Positions 24,701 through 37,050 of a DNA stretch of 64,000 nucleotides are shown here, piece after piece (the stretch's first letter is position 1; each line of letters begins with the position of its first letter). The DNA is from Eledone cirrhosa. Lineage: Eukaryota. Under the pieces are notes generated by a model that was given only the letters and a program-made list of their open reading frames with translations, made no database searches and had not been told where the DNA came from. Both the position numbers and the translations under genes were made by a program. Location of the stretch: contig OZ024740.1 of the NCBI GenBank assembly GCA_964016885.1, forward strand, positions 206,150,001-206,214,000, written 5' to 3'.

Positions 24701-27700
24701 CTTAATAGTAGTACATTAGATTCCTCAGGTTCTTCAATTGAGAAAGATAAAGATAATTGTATTAACATATGCACAAAGATGTTTCAACACAAATTTCCAT
24801 CAAATAAAGATTCTTCAGTTTGATCTTGCATTGAAAGAGAGAAAAGAAAACCATATTAATACAAGCACAAGTATTTTACAACACTTTCCATGTTGGTACG
24901 GTTTGGACAAGTCATCACAGTCAAAGCCATTTCTCATTTGGAATTGTTACCCTCCTAAACAAATTAAGGACCAAAGAAAAGACTGGTATTTTATGGACCC
25001 CAAATAAAGCTTGATAAGATTTGAACTCAGTCAGAACAAATTATATTCCCAACGTAATGTAGTCCTTTTATCAAGAACTCTCTAGACCAGTGGTTCTTAA
25101 CCTGGGGTGCCAGCACCCCCATGTCATGCTAGATTCAGTTCTTAGGGGGTGGGGGCAGAGAAGAAGCAATATTTTCAAAAATTTGTGTCTATTAATCATA
25201 GTCGTGATCATCATTTTTACATCCACTTTTCCATGCTTGCATGGGTTGGACGGGTCCTTCTCAGCACGGCATCTCTCCACTTGTCATGTTCCTTCATCTT
25301 AGTATTAATAAATAATCAGCTACCATTATTAATTAAATAATAGCAGCTAAGTAGCTGATAATTTGACCTGAAAATTCAAATTCTTTTGTCTTATGTGCTA
25401 GACCTATGGGTGCAGGATGGAATTTAGAAATCTCAAGGGAAGGTGGGAGCAGGGGATAGAAAAAGGTTAAGAACCTCTGCTCTAGATCATATTGAGATAA
25501 ATGATTTACCTGGTTAACAAATTCTTCACTGCTAACATCCTTCAACTCTCAAACCAGCAAGGGAATGTTCAGATAATTTACTACACCAAATAAAGTAGAC
25601 TTAACACAGACCCCTACTTCTTAAGCTGTGAAATGCTGGACAATATGTATTCAACACAAATAGAATAATCATAAAGAGAAAATAACTAACGATTAGTTTA
25701 AACTAATTTGAAGCTAAATTTTTTTCAAATAATAGTCAAATAAAGAAAAACAAAAAATACCATCGTTAAAGCCTCTTCTTTTCTGTGAACCACCTGCATA
25801 ATCCAAGAACAATTTTCGGTCCCCAAGCTCAACCCCTTGTTTGTTTTCAACGGCATCTTTTACATAATCAGCACTATCAAACTCAACATAGGCAAACCTG
25901 AAGAAACAAAAACAAGTACATTACATACATGAAATAAATTTTCCAATGTTATTTACAGCTAAATCATTTCTATTAAAATTTATTTATTTTTTACAATGTC
26001 TTTGCTCTACCGATTGCTAACAACTTTATCTGATACTAGCAGTGGTACCCAGCGTTGCACGGGATAATGTATTTTGGAACGCGGGCCACCAACAGACCTA
26101 ATCGTGGAAAAACTGCATGCCTGGACAATATGTAAAGAAACTAAAGATTTTCCTCGATGAAGCAGGAAAAAGGCAGGTTTTCACCTAGGGGATCAAGAAA
26201 ATGAATTTTTTTATGTGCATAATATGCCTTGAAATTTCGGGAAAATCGGCTAGACTCAAAAAAGCCCTAAAAAGCTGAAAAAAATGCAGTTTTTCACCTA
26301 ATGCGAGCTCTAGGGGATCAAAAAGTTGAATTTTTTTATGTGCATAACACTCCCTGAAATATAGGTAATACACATGTAAAGTTTGAAAAAGATCGGTTGG
26401 GTACTTCTCAGGTGTCACACACACACACATACATACATACATCGTTCCTCAGTTTTATATACATATATAGATTAAAATAACAGATTAAAATTTAAGCAAA
26501 GAATCGTTGCTTTCACCCTTAACGGGATCTTCTGAAACTAAAAACATCAATCTGTGAACGCAGAAGTAAATATTTCGAAAAACGTTGCAACCGAAGGAAA
26601 ACAGGAAGACGATATTTTGGTTCGTGAAGACGTTCCCTGGCAATGAATGGAAAATAGCGAACATAATACGTCATCAATGTTCGTCAGAATGTCGTAATGC
26701 AGACAGACAGCCAGGCATACAGACAGATATTATAAGAGCGCGACGGAGATGGATAACCGGCGCCTAACACCCCTTTAACAACAGAAAATTGAAAAATAAA
26801 AGCTGCAGTTAATATCTTTAGACCGCAAGGAATATATAAATGCAAGTTTGAAGTCAATCAGAGTAGAAATGTGGATTTGTATAGACTGCAAAAATGAGGA
26901 CACACACACACAGACAACATCAGTTTTATATATATATATGGCAAAGAGTAGAACATTAAAACAAATGATTATGTAATTCAATAAAGCTTACCCTCTGTGT
27001 GAATTTCCTTTGAATGGAATTCTCACATTTCGTGCATCAGGAAATATCTCCATTAGAGTGCTCCTAATACTATCTTCAGAATCGTCAAATGACAGATTCT
27101 TCACAAATAGTGATTTTGAATCATCCTCTGAAAAAACAAAATTTCATAAACTTAAATTTATATTGTTCACTAAACAACAGGTCATGGTATTCTGAACGAT
27201 AAAGAAAAAGAAAAATCAAGAAAGCAAGCCAAATCAACATACCCTTAGTTCTTTCTGGCTTTGATGCTCCTAAAGGTCTACCCTTTTCAAATGCTAATGT
27301 AGACCCTTTAAATTCAAGATCTTTCATTGCTAAAACTGTATCGAGATCATCTGGATTAGCTAAATCAATGTGTGCAAACCTATAAAAGAAAGCAACAGAA
27401 ATGAATTATGGCAGAGAAATGGTGACAAGCAGAAAGTGTAAAATGGTTAATAAACTTATTGGAATACGCACATTCTATCATCACGCTTGCGAACAGCTGT
27501 AAATTCAATTCCCTTCTTTTTAAGAAACTTTTCAAATTTCTCAACTGACGCTCCTAGGGGAACATTTCTGCACATAACTGTCACAGTTTCTGAAAGAGGA
27601 TTAGAAAATAAGGTTGTTAGCAATAAATTGAAGGGGCATAGCATATTGGTTAAAGGTCAGGGTTCACAATCGTAAGGCTGTGAGACTGATTCCTGGACAG

Positions 27701-30700
27701 GCTGGCAAACTTTATTTCATATTGCTTCAGTGTCCACCCGGCTGACAAAAATGTGTTATACCTGTAATTCAAGGGACCAGCCTTGTCACAACTTGTGTCA
27801 TGCTCAGTTTCCCTGAGAACTATGTTAAGGCTGCACATGTCTGTGGAATGCTCAGCCACTTATAAGTTAATTTCATGAGCAGACAGTATCGATTGAATCA
27901 GCTGGAGCATTCATCATTGGAAACTAGAGATGTCCAATAATAGAGTAACTCATGAATAACGTCTTCTTCTTCACCCACTTATTCTTGAGAAGGTCGTGTG
28001 GGCAGAGTCCTCAAACACTCCTTCCAGTGGGTCCTGTCAGAAGCAACTGTCTCCAACTGATCCAGCTGGATCTCCAAGCATGACCAGCCAAGCTCATGGA
28101 TGTTATCCAACCATCTTGCTCAAGGTCGATCCCTGGGTCTCTTGCCGGTTGGTCTTGCCCATAGAATCTGTCCAGCAATTCTTTCCTGAGACATGTCAGT
28201 TATAAAATATGTGTTCATTTCGGTAAGGGTCAGACGCCATGCTTTGAAGCATAGAGTTACCTCCCTTTATGATCTGAGTTCAAATCCCGCCGAGGTTAAC
28301 TTTGCCTTTCATCCTTACGGGGTCGATAAAATAAAGTACCAGTAATGCACTGGAATAATTGCTGGCCTTGTGCCAAAAGTAGAAACAATTATAATTTCTA
28401 TTAATCAACAAGAGTCATAGACAGAGAGGTTTGTATTCAAAATTTAAATATCCTTACCATCAACTTTAGGTTTTTTTGCATCTTTACCAGTATCTGCTTC
28501 TGCTTTACGCTTCTTAGCATCTTTTGCACCTGATGTCAATAAAAAAAAACAGATTTTACAGATATGTCCCATATAGGTAAGACTTTATTTCAAACTAATT
28601 CACAAATGGAAACCCCAGCATACATTGTTCTTATGAAACACAAACAATCATAGACAAAGCAAACTATACTTAAAGGAAACTTCATACACAAATCATATGA
28701 AGTGGTGTTCAATATATTAAATAGCATTATATAAGTACATATAGTATTCACCTCCACCACAACCTTCCAATACAATTCCCATGGGCACAGGCTGAAGAAT
28801 ACATCTGGTGTGCAAAACCTTCACCCCCCTTCCACACGCCCACCTCCCTAATCCTAACACTGTAAGGTGGTTGTGTATGTGTCACAACAAAAAGCACCCA
28901 GCCCACACTGTAAAGTGGTCGTGTAGGTGTCACGCCAAAAATCACCCAGTACTCATTGTAAATGTGGTTGGCATTAGGAAGAGCATCCAGGCGTAGGAAC
29001 CAAGCGAAAATTGGTTCTGTATGAGCAAGACATGATCATCTGACCTCAACTTGCCTCAAATAGGACAACCCGTGTAACCCATGCTAGCATGGAAAATGGA
29101 CGTTAACCCTTTAGCATTTACATTACTCTATATTTACTATTGTATTTTTTAGGTAAAGGCTTTATCTCACATAACTATCTCACATATTGAAACTCTGAGA
29201 TTTTGATATTATTTATTTTGAGAACAGCCAGTTACGGCTGGTTTAAACAGAAAGAAGTGAGAGAATTTTGGCCAGATATGGCCAGTTTAAATGCTAAAGG
29301 GTTAAATGGTGATGATAATGATGGTGATATCTAAAAATGTAAGATAATGCAGCAAATATTCTGAATATGTAATACCAATTAATTAGCAGACAGAAAAAGG
29401 TGAATAAATTGAGAATGTTAGAGAGAAGCCACAAATTGGGAGAATCTTCAGAAAGTAACTTGAAAATACTTACCATCTTTCTGTTTAGCACCTGTTTTTC
29501 CATTGGCTTTTGATTTAGGAGAATCATCTAATTTTAAAAGAGAGAGAATTTATGGTTTTAGTTTAATACTAGAAAAACAAAGTTGTTAGTGAAACTATCA
29601 TCAACCATTAACTGAATAAAAAGACTGTATACCTTCACTAGATTCTTCTTCTTCACTAGAATCTTCTTCATCCGACTCACTTGACTCAGCAGCTACTGCA
29701 GTCTTTTTTACTACTTTTTCTTCTTCTTCTTCTTCTTCTTCCTCCTCCTCTTCATCATCATCATCATCGTCGCCGTCGTCATCTTCATCGTTGTCACTCT
29801 CTTCATCCTCGCTGCTTTCTTCATCTTCATCTTCCTCTTCTTCACTGTCACTAGATTCGACTTTCTTTTTGGCTGTGTACAAAACAAAAATAAATATTTA
29901 TTGAAAGAACAAAGCTGTATATATATATATATACACTCACATAATATCGACACTAATACACACACACTTCACTTTGCGTTCCAAAATCGTTACCAAGACT
30001 ACCAAACAGTTTATCCTATTTACTTTCATTTAACTTTGCCTTTCATCCTTACGGGGTCGATAAAATAAAGTACCAGTAATATACTGGGTAATTGCTGGCC
30101 TTGTGCCTAACGTAGAAACAATTATTTTCATTTACATTTATGGCGGTGAATTGGCAGTATCGGTAGAGGGTTGGACGCCATGCTTTCTAGCATAGTTTCG
30201 TTCTTTTACGGTCTGAGTTCAAATCCCGTTGAGGTTAACTTTGCTTTTCATCCTTATGGGGTCGATAAAATAAAGTATCAGTAATGTACTGGGTAATTGC
30301 TGGCCTTGTGCCAAAAAGTAGAAACAATTATTTTCATTTACATGGACTACCTTTTATTTTCTGTATCTATCCTTTGTGATCCTGTCTTTATTTTTGTACT
30401 CCTGAAGGGCTAAAGCCTGACACGTCAAACTTAATTTCCCCTTTTCCACATAAAGTGTGAAACTAATAAGACTTTTTATACCTGTTTGTTGTTTGCTTGA
30501 ACTATATTTATATATATAATCTCTACTCTATTTAACACAGAAAATTCCATAGAATTTCTTCAAATTGTATGCTAGATCTAATATAGAATAAGATCTTCTA
30601 CCTTAGACATCTCACATCCTTTAAAAAACACAACATTCAACAAACTACTGAAAATAATGCACTGTGCTTCACATATCAGATTCATAATCATCACCATCTA

Positions 30701-33700
30701 ACATCCGTTTTCCCTGAGAGCAGCTGTTGAGTGGATCATAACAGACCAAATCTGTATTTAATTGGAGCAACAGACCTTTTCATATACTCTGTAAAGTGGT
30801 TGTGGTTGGTGATAAGTCGGTCATCCAACTGCAGAAAACCTGCCAAACAAAGGATTTAGAGGACTCTTTGGCTGTGAGAATGACAACCTCCCCAGCACTA
30901 GTGCCACAACAAAATGTATCTGATGGACTCTGCTAAGTGTGGGAATACATGTATGTATTAATAATTGAAAAACAACCTAGATATGTAAGAAACTACATAC
31001 AACCACAAAAATAATACACCTGAACACTACATCATCCAATTACTATTTCTTCCCCCATCAAAAATGTTTGCAGTATGAGACCAATATATGCTACAGAAAT
31101 GCTTATATGATGAGTAGAATTTTCATGATATAAGCCTAATGAAACATTTATATGTCTACATACCAGGAGTAAATTATTACACATTATCACTCTATCACTC
31201 TGATCGATCGACACGATCCCAGACTCCATTCACTTGCCGAGTTGGGTGAACCTTGTCAAATTGGACCAAGGAAATTTTTTGTTTCCGTTGCTGATACAAA
31301 GAGCAATATGAAATAAAGTGTCTTGCTCAAGGACACAATGCATCACCCGGTCCAAGAATTAAACTTGCAACTTCACAATTGCGAAGCCACATGCCTTCAC
31401 AATTAACAATATTACACACATATAATATTCATCAAATGTTACCAGATGGATCTTTGCCTTTTGGCAGCTTCTTAGCTTTTATGGCAGCTGGAACTTCCTA
31501 AAAATAAAGAAATATATATTTTTTTAATAAGCATATTTAAAAATACACATTTTTTTTATTCCATAAATTTATTTATAATTAATGTCTCCTAGCTTTGATA
31601 CAACATAGACAAGATGAAAAATACAATAAAATAAATAAGAACTTACAACTTCCATTTCTTCTGATTCTGAAGCAGAATCATCTGAAGATTCTTCAGGTTC
31701 TACAGGTTTGGCAGACTTGGCTGACTTTTGGGGAGTCTAATACAAAAGATTAAAAAAAAAAATTATTAATTGAAACAAATTTTGACACAGAAGTAGATCA
31801 TAAAACAGACATAGCATAGCAACTGGAACATATTCAGAATAAACTCAACTTTTACACTAGATCTTAATTTATACCAATACAGCAAGACATTCTGCTCTCA
31901 CTTCCAGAGATGTCTTTCATGCTTAACATCCTGTACCACACGAAACAGCATTAGCAAGACATTCTTGAAAACTACAAAACAGCTACAAAACTATGACTGC
32001 ATTGCATTAAAAATTTCATTTTAAGTTACTGTAAATTTTCACAATGATGTCCACTAGTAAAAATACTATAAACATCTGAATTAAACCCATTTAAAAAATA
32101 TTTTTCCACTAAATCATTACAGGATGTTATGGGTTAATTGATTAATAGACCCATCCAACCCATGCAAGCATGGAAAAGCAGACATAAAACATTGTTGATG
32201 ATGATGATGATAATGACGATGATACTTTGTGGACATTTATTATCAAACATAGACTTATGCTGAAAGTATTATCTCAAAGTTGTGTACACTACTCTCTCCC
32301 TCCAAAAAAACAAAATGCAGGGAAATTTATTTTTATATAATATTCACATATCTGCACAGTGATCAGATCAGTTGAAAGTCATCAGTATTAGAAATTTAAA
32401 AGAAACATGTGAGAAAAAATACTTACAAGTTGTCAATTATAAATTATTGACAGGATAAACAATGTTTCACAAGATTAAAATAGTTGGCTAAAAATGTTGT
32501 TAAGTGCTTGAATTTCATGAACTATTTTATCCTTTTAGCATTTACATTACTATTATATTTTCATGGTAAAGGTTTTCTCTCACATAATTTTGATGATGAT
32601 ATTATTTATTTTGAGAACAATACCTTAATGTCAATATGAGTGGCCGGTTTGAACAGAAAAAGGTGAGAGAATTCTGTCCGGATATGGCCAGTTTAAATAC
32701 TAAAGAGTTTAGGATCAACCAATCATTTAAGGATTAACCAAACATTTTAGGATCAACCAATCATTTAAGGATCAACCAATCATTTAAGGATCAACCAATC
32801 ATTTAAGGATCAATCAATCATTTAAGGATCAATCATTTAAGGATCAATCAATCATTTAAGGATCAACCAATCATTTAATGATTAACCAATCATTTTATAG
32901 CAACAAACGGTATGTAAATATTTTGACACAATGGTTGACAGTTCAAAAAAAGTGTTTGTGAAAAAAAACTGTTCAGAATGTTCAAGTTCACATTTTTCCA
33001 AATATTTCTTGTTATTTTAACTGCGACATCATGAGATATTGAAATCCTATTATTGCTCGCATCTAACCAGTGCCAAATTTATACCATTGTGCTTAGGTGT
33101 GTTTAAGCATAGAGCCCCGTTGGCAGGGGAGGGAGGGGGGAGGGCTATCTTCCTGCAAAAAAAAAATGTTTACCTCCTTCAGGGCCCAAGTAAGGGGCAT
33201 CATAACTTAACTAGTACAGGGCCTCATTTGTCCTAAATCCAGCACTGCATCTAAATTAGTTTCAAACAATGAAATCAAAACCTAAGCATTAATATGTAAG
33301 CTCAAACATTACAAAAGCTAAAACATAAGTTGGATAAACAAATCTAGATTTTTATTATAGGCACCTGCATGTTAATATTTTAATATTCTATGAGATATAA
33401 TATTCATACTCTTTCTAAATACTATTCTCTTGAGGATAAAAATGTTCATACAATCCTGTAAGAAAACTATTCTGACCATTAATTCTCATTCATGACAAAG
33501 CAATTAAGATAACTGAACAAAGTGCAATGACAGACAACATAAAATGTAATGGTATATATAACTGAAAAAAGTGCATAATCTTTACCTCATACCCCGGCCT
33601 CATGGCGCAGCTTAGTCCTCACCGTAGGCTCACAATACCAGTTAGTGGATGTTGTTGTAAGACCAGGTTGACACCAGATTGCACACAAACCAGGAATCCA

Positions 33701-35945
33701 TTGCAGCATTCAGTATCATGTGATACTCGGTACCAAAATGATGTTTGCACGGTAACCATTTATCGAAACACGGCCAAATCAAACAGATATCGTAGCCAAT
33801 GGCTTATTTTCGGTAGCCCTCGAGCCAATGGCATTACTGACGGACACACGAGGAACCACGACAGCCAAATTCACCACCGAATTGGTGAAACGGTACACGT
33901 ACCAAGCGACACCATAAATGCAAGAATTTACGAAACCACGGTCTTCCTTACTTAATCAGTATAATACAATGATTTATCATTATTGTAAATCAAAGAGTTT
34001 CAAAAATTATTTATTCCTTTTTCTTTTTTAATGAATATTTGTATGTGTGAAATAGAAGTGACTCAATTTTGTTAACAGAGATCTACGTCAGAATACATGT
34101 TGAATAGTATTTAAATACACACAGAAATCATAACTGCTTATATCTACAGCAGTTTTGTTATTTTTATAGGAATGTAGATAGTTATCTTTCTGAATTGTTT
34201 CAAACAAGTGACTTTAAATGTTGTTGTGATAGGCCCCTTGGCTCCATGGATTTTCATGGGTTGTTTTGTGGCCTGAAATTAAGTCACTTGACTTGCCATA
34301 CTGAGCTGAACCTAATTGTCAAGTGGGGTGTGACTCATTTCAATAGTCCCTAAATTCTAGAGCCAGCTGGATTGTCCGGGGTTGATGTGAAAAGGTAAGA
34401 TGGCCTTCCTCTTTTCCCTGATGTAAAATGCTATCTTATTCGGGACACCATAGCTAGAGACTCTTTTGCTCCTTCCAATATCCTGGATGCTATGGTGAAG
34501 GTCAAAGCATCCACAGCTGAATGGAATGAAATTCTAAAATTGCATGAATTATCAGCAAACTAATATTCTCAACCCCAGTGTCATTGGAGACATTTGGGGG
34601 GTAACTGAGCTGCTAACAATGAGGTTCTTAATGTTGGTGGCTCACCTTACTAATGTATCAGGTGATGCCAGTGATGGTGCTTCGGTATTCCAGTGCTGGT
34701 ATTATTATAGAAAACACCCCCCACCGATTGTAGCAGGAAATCATTTTTTTTCCTTTGTTTTTTTTTGTGTATGCTATCAATTAAACTTACCTCATATGTT
34801 ACAAAGGATTTTTTTCCTGGAAAACGGAGGAGGGGAAAGGATGTCCTCGGACTCTCCCCCCCCCCTCTATGGGGGTTAGGATTAGAGTTAGGGGGTAAAT
34901 AAAACTCTGGGAGGAAGGGAAAGTTCAAGAGTTCATTCCTCTTTTCCCCTCCATTTTCCATGAAAACAAGAAGTCCTTTGCAACATGTTCCGAGGTAAGA
35001 TTAGTTGGTAGTACAGGAAAAATCCGAGGGAAAAAATGGTAAAGAAAACTCTGGAGAGGGGGGTGGGGGTAGCACAGAAAAAACCCAAGTTATTCCCACA
35101 GAAGTGGAGATGTTTTTTCTATAAATTTACCAAGTGCCTTAACATTGCTATCACCTTCGGCAATACTGAGTGTCAATTTATCTAAAACATTATTAAACGG
35201 ACATAACAGAGCTCCTTCTTGTGATTCAGTATGCTGGGATCACCCCTCCTCCTGTTTTCTTCTTTTCATTTAAGTATATCATAGAATAAACATGTTTCTT
35301 TGTTCCGGACAATAACGTATTATTTATGAACTGGGTATAATTGCTTAAAGTCCATGTAAATATATCTGAAATTACCATTTTAAGGAACTAACCCATGTAA
35401 AAACTCGATATTATCCATGTTAACCGAAATCTGTGTATTTTCCCATTACATTTGTTTATTTGTTTTTATATTTGTTTATAAGCGTGTATGTATGTATGTT
35501 TGTTCTTCTGGTTTTATAATTTTATAAGTTTTTACCAATAGAGAGAGAGTCGGTTTCTAACATAAACAAGCCTCTCTCATAGGAATTAGGTCGATATGTG
35601 TGCATATCTGCATACGTACGTGTGTGCAAGTGTAGATGTTATTGTTTGTGTGTTTGTATGTATATATGTATGTGTGAGTTTTCTCAATACTTATCGCTAT
35701 ACGGAATCTAACAACAGAAATCTGTAATGATTAATTTAGTATTAGTGGGAGGAGATGTTAAAATATTCACTCTCGCATTTCCCATTAAATGTCCTTAAAC
35801 ATGTAGACTCCGTCTATTTGCATGGATTTCAGGTTTTATATTACAATTTTAACCTGCTTACAAATAAATCAATATATTGAAAATATTTCGCTTCTAAATA
35901 AGACAGGAAACTAACATAACATACCTTATTCTTTTTAGCAGTCAT
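21666..35945 (-). CDS. NCL: Nucleolin, 14 coding exons (whole-gene span including introns)
   Basis: All exons are GT-AG bounded and phase-compatible. Domain order: basic/acidic N-terminus, long D/E tract, bipartite NLS, three RRMs, GAR domain, KKKTFSDSN C-terminus. Confidence 0.9.
22053..22133 (-). CDS. NCL: Nucleolin exon 13 (GAR domain)
   Basis: GFGGKRGGGYGGRGGGGRRGGGGGRRG; CAG acceptor, GTATG donor. Confidence 0.9.
22410..23520 (-). mobile_element. Decayed RTE LINE in nucleolin intron 12
   Basis: MQFGFVP, FDSLCYLGDLISSGG and Cys-rich remnants, followed by an RTE tail. Confidence 0.75.
23780..23916 (-). CDS. NCL: Nucleolin exon 12 (RRM3 C-half)
   Basis: (KG)LAFVEFESVSKAKKAL...IDGRTVRCCFA, containing RNP1. 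Confidence 0.9.
24143..24330 (-). mobile_element. tRNA-derived SINE (older copy)
   Basis: Homologous to the 13203 SINE. Confidence 0.75.
24599..24731 (-). CDS. NCL: Nucleolin exon 11 (RRM3 N-half)
   Basis: SNVLLLRNLSYDSTEDSLQSVFKDATAIRLP..SGKPKG. Confidence 0.9.
25088..25479. mobile_element. hAT-Charlie-type MITE with a nested RTE tail
   Basis: TIRs CAGTGGTTCTTAACCT / AGGTTAAGAACCTCTG; 8-bp TSD CTCTAGAC/CTCTAGAT. Confidence 0.85.
25761..25897 (-). CDS. NCL: Nucleolin exon 10 (RRM2 C-half)
   Basis: (RG)FAYVEFDSADYVKDAVENKQGVELGDRKLFLDYAG. Confidence 0.9.
26036..26471 (-). mobile_element. Non-autonomous Helitron
   Basis: A|TC 5' end at 26471; 3' hairpin CCCGTGCAACGCTGGG followed by CTAG|T; internal microsatellite. 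Confidence 0.8.
26992..27127 (-). CDS. NCL: Nucleolin exon 9 (RRM2 N-half)
   Basis: DSKSLFVKNLSFDDSEDSIRSTLMEIFPDARNVRIP..SHRG. Confidence 0.9.
27243..27379 (-). CDS. NCL: Nucleolin exon 8 (RRM1 C-half)
   Basis: FAHIDLANPDDLDTVLAMKDLEFKGSTLAFEKGR. Confidence 0.88.
27472..27589 (-). CDS. NCL: Nucleolin exon 7 (RRM1 N-half)
   Basis: TVTVMCRNVPLGASVEKFEKFLKKKGIEFTAVRKRDDR; GTGCGT donor gives the required phase 2. Confidence 0.85.
28220..28392 (+). mobile_element. tRNA-derived SINE
   Basis: Near identical to the 13203 copy. Confidence 0.85.
28458..28529 (-). CDS. NCL: Nucleolin exon 6 (bipartite NLS)
   Basis: AKKRKAEADTGKDAKKPKVD. Confidence 0.88.
29107..29301. mobile_element. piggyBac-type MITE inserted in an RTE tail
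   Basis: Perfect 14-bp TIR CCCTTTAGCATTTA with TTAA TSD; further copies at 5504, ~23605 and ~32530. Confidence 0.88.
29474..29527 (-). CDS. NCL: Nucleolin exon 5
   Basis: DDSPKSKANGKTGAKQKD; GTAAGT donor. Confidence 0.85.
29633..29872 (-). CDS. NCL: Nucleolin exon 4 (acidic tract)
   Basis: KKKVESSDSEEEEDEDEE...EEESSE; phase 1-1. Confidence 0.9.
30030..30332 (+). mobile_element. Two tandem tRNA-derived SINE copies
   Basis: Truncated copy 30030-30125 and full copy 30141-30330, flanked by repeated TTTCATTTA. Confidence 0.85.
31443..31497 (-). CDS. NCL: Nucleolin exon 3
   Basis: EVPAAIKAKKLPKGKDPS; phase 0-1. Confidence 0.85.
31647..31736 (-). CDS. NCL: Nucleolin exon 2
   Basis: TPQKSAKSAKPVEPEESSDDSASESEEMEV; GTAAGT donor. 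Confidence 0.88.
32708..32894. repeat. 19-bp minisatellite (TAAGGATCAACCAATCATT)n, about 10 copies
   Basis: Visible tandem units, one of them shortened. Confidence 0.9.
33068..33247. mobile_element. hAT-like MITE
   Basis: Imperfect TIR CAGTGCCAAATTTA / TAAATCCAGCACTG; 8-bp TSD CATCTAAC/CATCTAAA. Confidence 0.65.
33586..33950 (-). other. Candidate structured poison exon in nucleolin intron 1
   Basis: AG acceptor at 33952-33951 followed by in-frame TAA; donors GAG|GTAAAG (33585) and GGG|GTATGA (33592); CpG-rich with several hairpins. Confidence 0.45.
34340..34700 (+). mobile_element. Highly decayed CRE-clade LINE fragment
   Basis: Remnants similar to 41300-41940 (LTNVSGD, .FQ). Confidence 0.5.
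35925..35945 (-). CDS. NCL: Nucleolin exon 1 (start codon)
   Basis: ATG ACT GCT AAA AAG AAT AAG|GTATGT = MTAKKNK, phase 0 into exon 2. Confidence 0.75.
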
Positions 35946-36239
35946 TTCACTTTGTTTTCAGGAATATTATATCGTTCAAAATTCCACTTGTTTTGAAATT
36001 TCTCTCTAAAAGATGAGTCGAAGACCTAATTAGTATCAACGTATAGCAACTCATGTAGTTTCGTATCTACTTAAAAAATGATGTTTATATTTGATTTTAT
36101 TGTTAAATAAATAAATAAAAATTATTATTATTTATTAATAAAGAAATAATTAATTTTAATGTTATTAAATTATTTATTGCGGAGTAATGAAAATCTGGAT
36201 AAGTTACTTATAATCACCAACAACCTTATCAATCGGTTG

Positions 36240-36416
36240 GGCGGTGGATTGGCAGTATTGGTAGAGGGGTTGACGCATAGAGTTACGACCCTTGCCATTC
36301 TGAGTTCAAATCCCGCCGAGGTTAACTTTGCCTTTCTACCTTACGGGCTCGATAAAATAAAGTATTAGTAATGCACTCGGTAATTTCTGGCCTTGTGCCA
36401 AAAGTAGAAACAATTA
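36240..36416 (+). mobile_element. tRNA-derived SINE upstream of nucleolin
   Basis: Homologous to the 13203 copy. Confidence 0.85.
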
Positions 36417-36889
36417 TCAAAATTAGTTGACCCTAAACACTTATTTGCTAAATGTTATCAGATTTAGTTATGTAAAGACATTTATAACAATTTTTATGTT
36501 CTATTTAAGACATAAGAGCTGGATGAAAACTAAAAAATGCCGACTAGATATATATTTTTAGATATATATATATTATTCACAGCTGTATAAATAACATTAC
36601 TAGTTGTTTATAATTCTTATTATATTTTATAAGGTCAAACAATACTAGTAACCAAGATAAAATATATATTATACTCATTGTATTAATGTTTTTGTCCGTT
36701 TGTCACACAAACACTAGTCTCTTGCAAAATCGTTCTTTATAGAATTAATGGAAAGCAATTAAAATTGTTTTTATTCATTACCCACACACACGTGTACATG
36801 TATATCGAGATAATAATTGAAACGGGTGTGTGCCTTGATGTTCTCACTCTTTCACTCACTGCCTCCGTCTCTCTCACTATTATATGCAA

Positions 36890-37050
36890 ATGAAAGCCCA
36901 CGCGCTGGCAATCCTCGCGGTCCCGGAAGATGTCGAGGGAAACGCGTTGGAAGAGCCATTCCAGTTCGCGAGGCTCACACCTGCGAGTAACCAACTCCGT
37001 GTCGATGGTGGTGAGTAGGGAGATGGTCCTACAGCCCATAAAATCAACTC
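36890..37050 (-). mobile_element. CRE-clade LINE 3' fragment
   Basis: EPRELEWLFQRVSLDIFR. Confidence 0.7.

Noticed and set aside
32708-32894. Short regular repeats resembling a CRISPR array
   Set aside because: Head-to-tail minisatellite with no unique spacers, in a eukaryotic context with no cas genes.
33602-33955. 117-aa plus-strand ORF; also considered as telomerase RNA, U3, 7SK or RNase P/MRP
   Set aside because: No recognisable protein. There is no CTAACCCTAA template and none of the diagnostic boxes of those RNAs.
36005-36020. TCT/5'TOP-like initiator for nucleolin (CATCTTTT on the minus strand)
   Set aside because: Plausible position but too short to support without TSS data.
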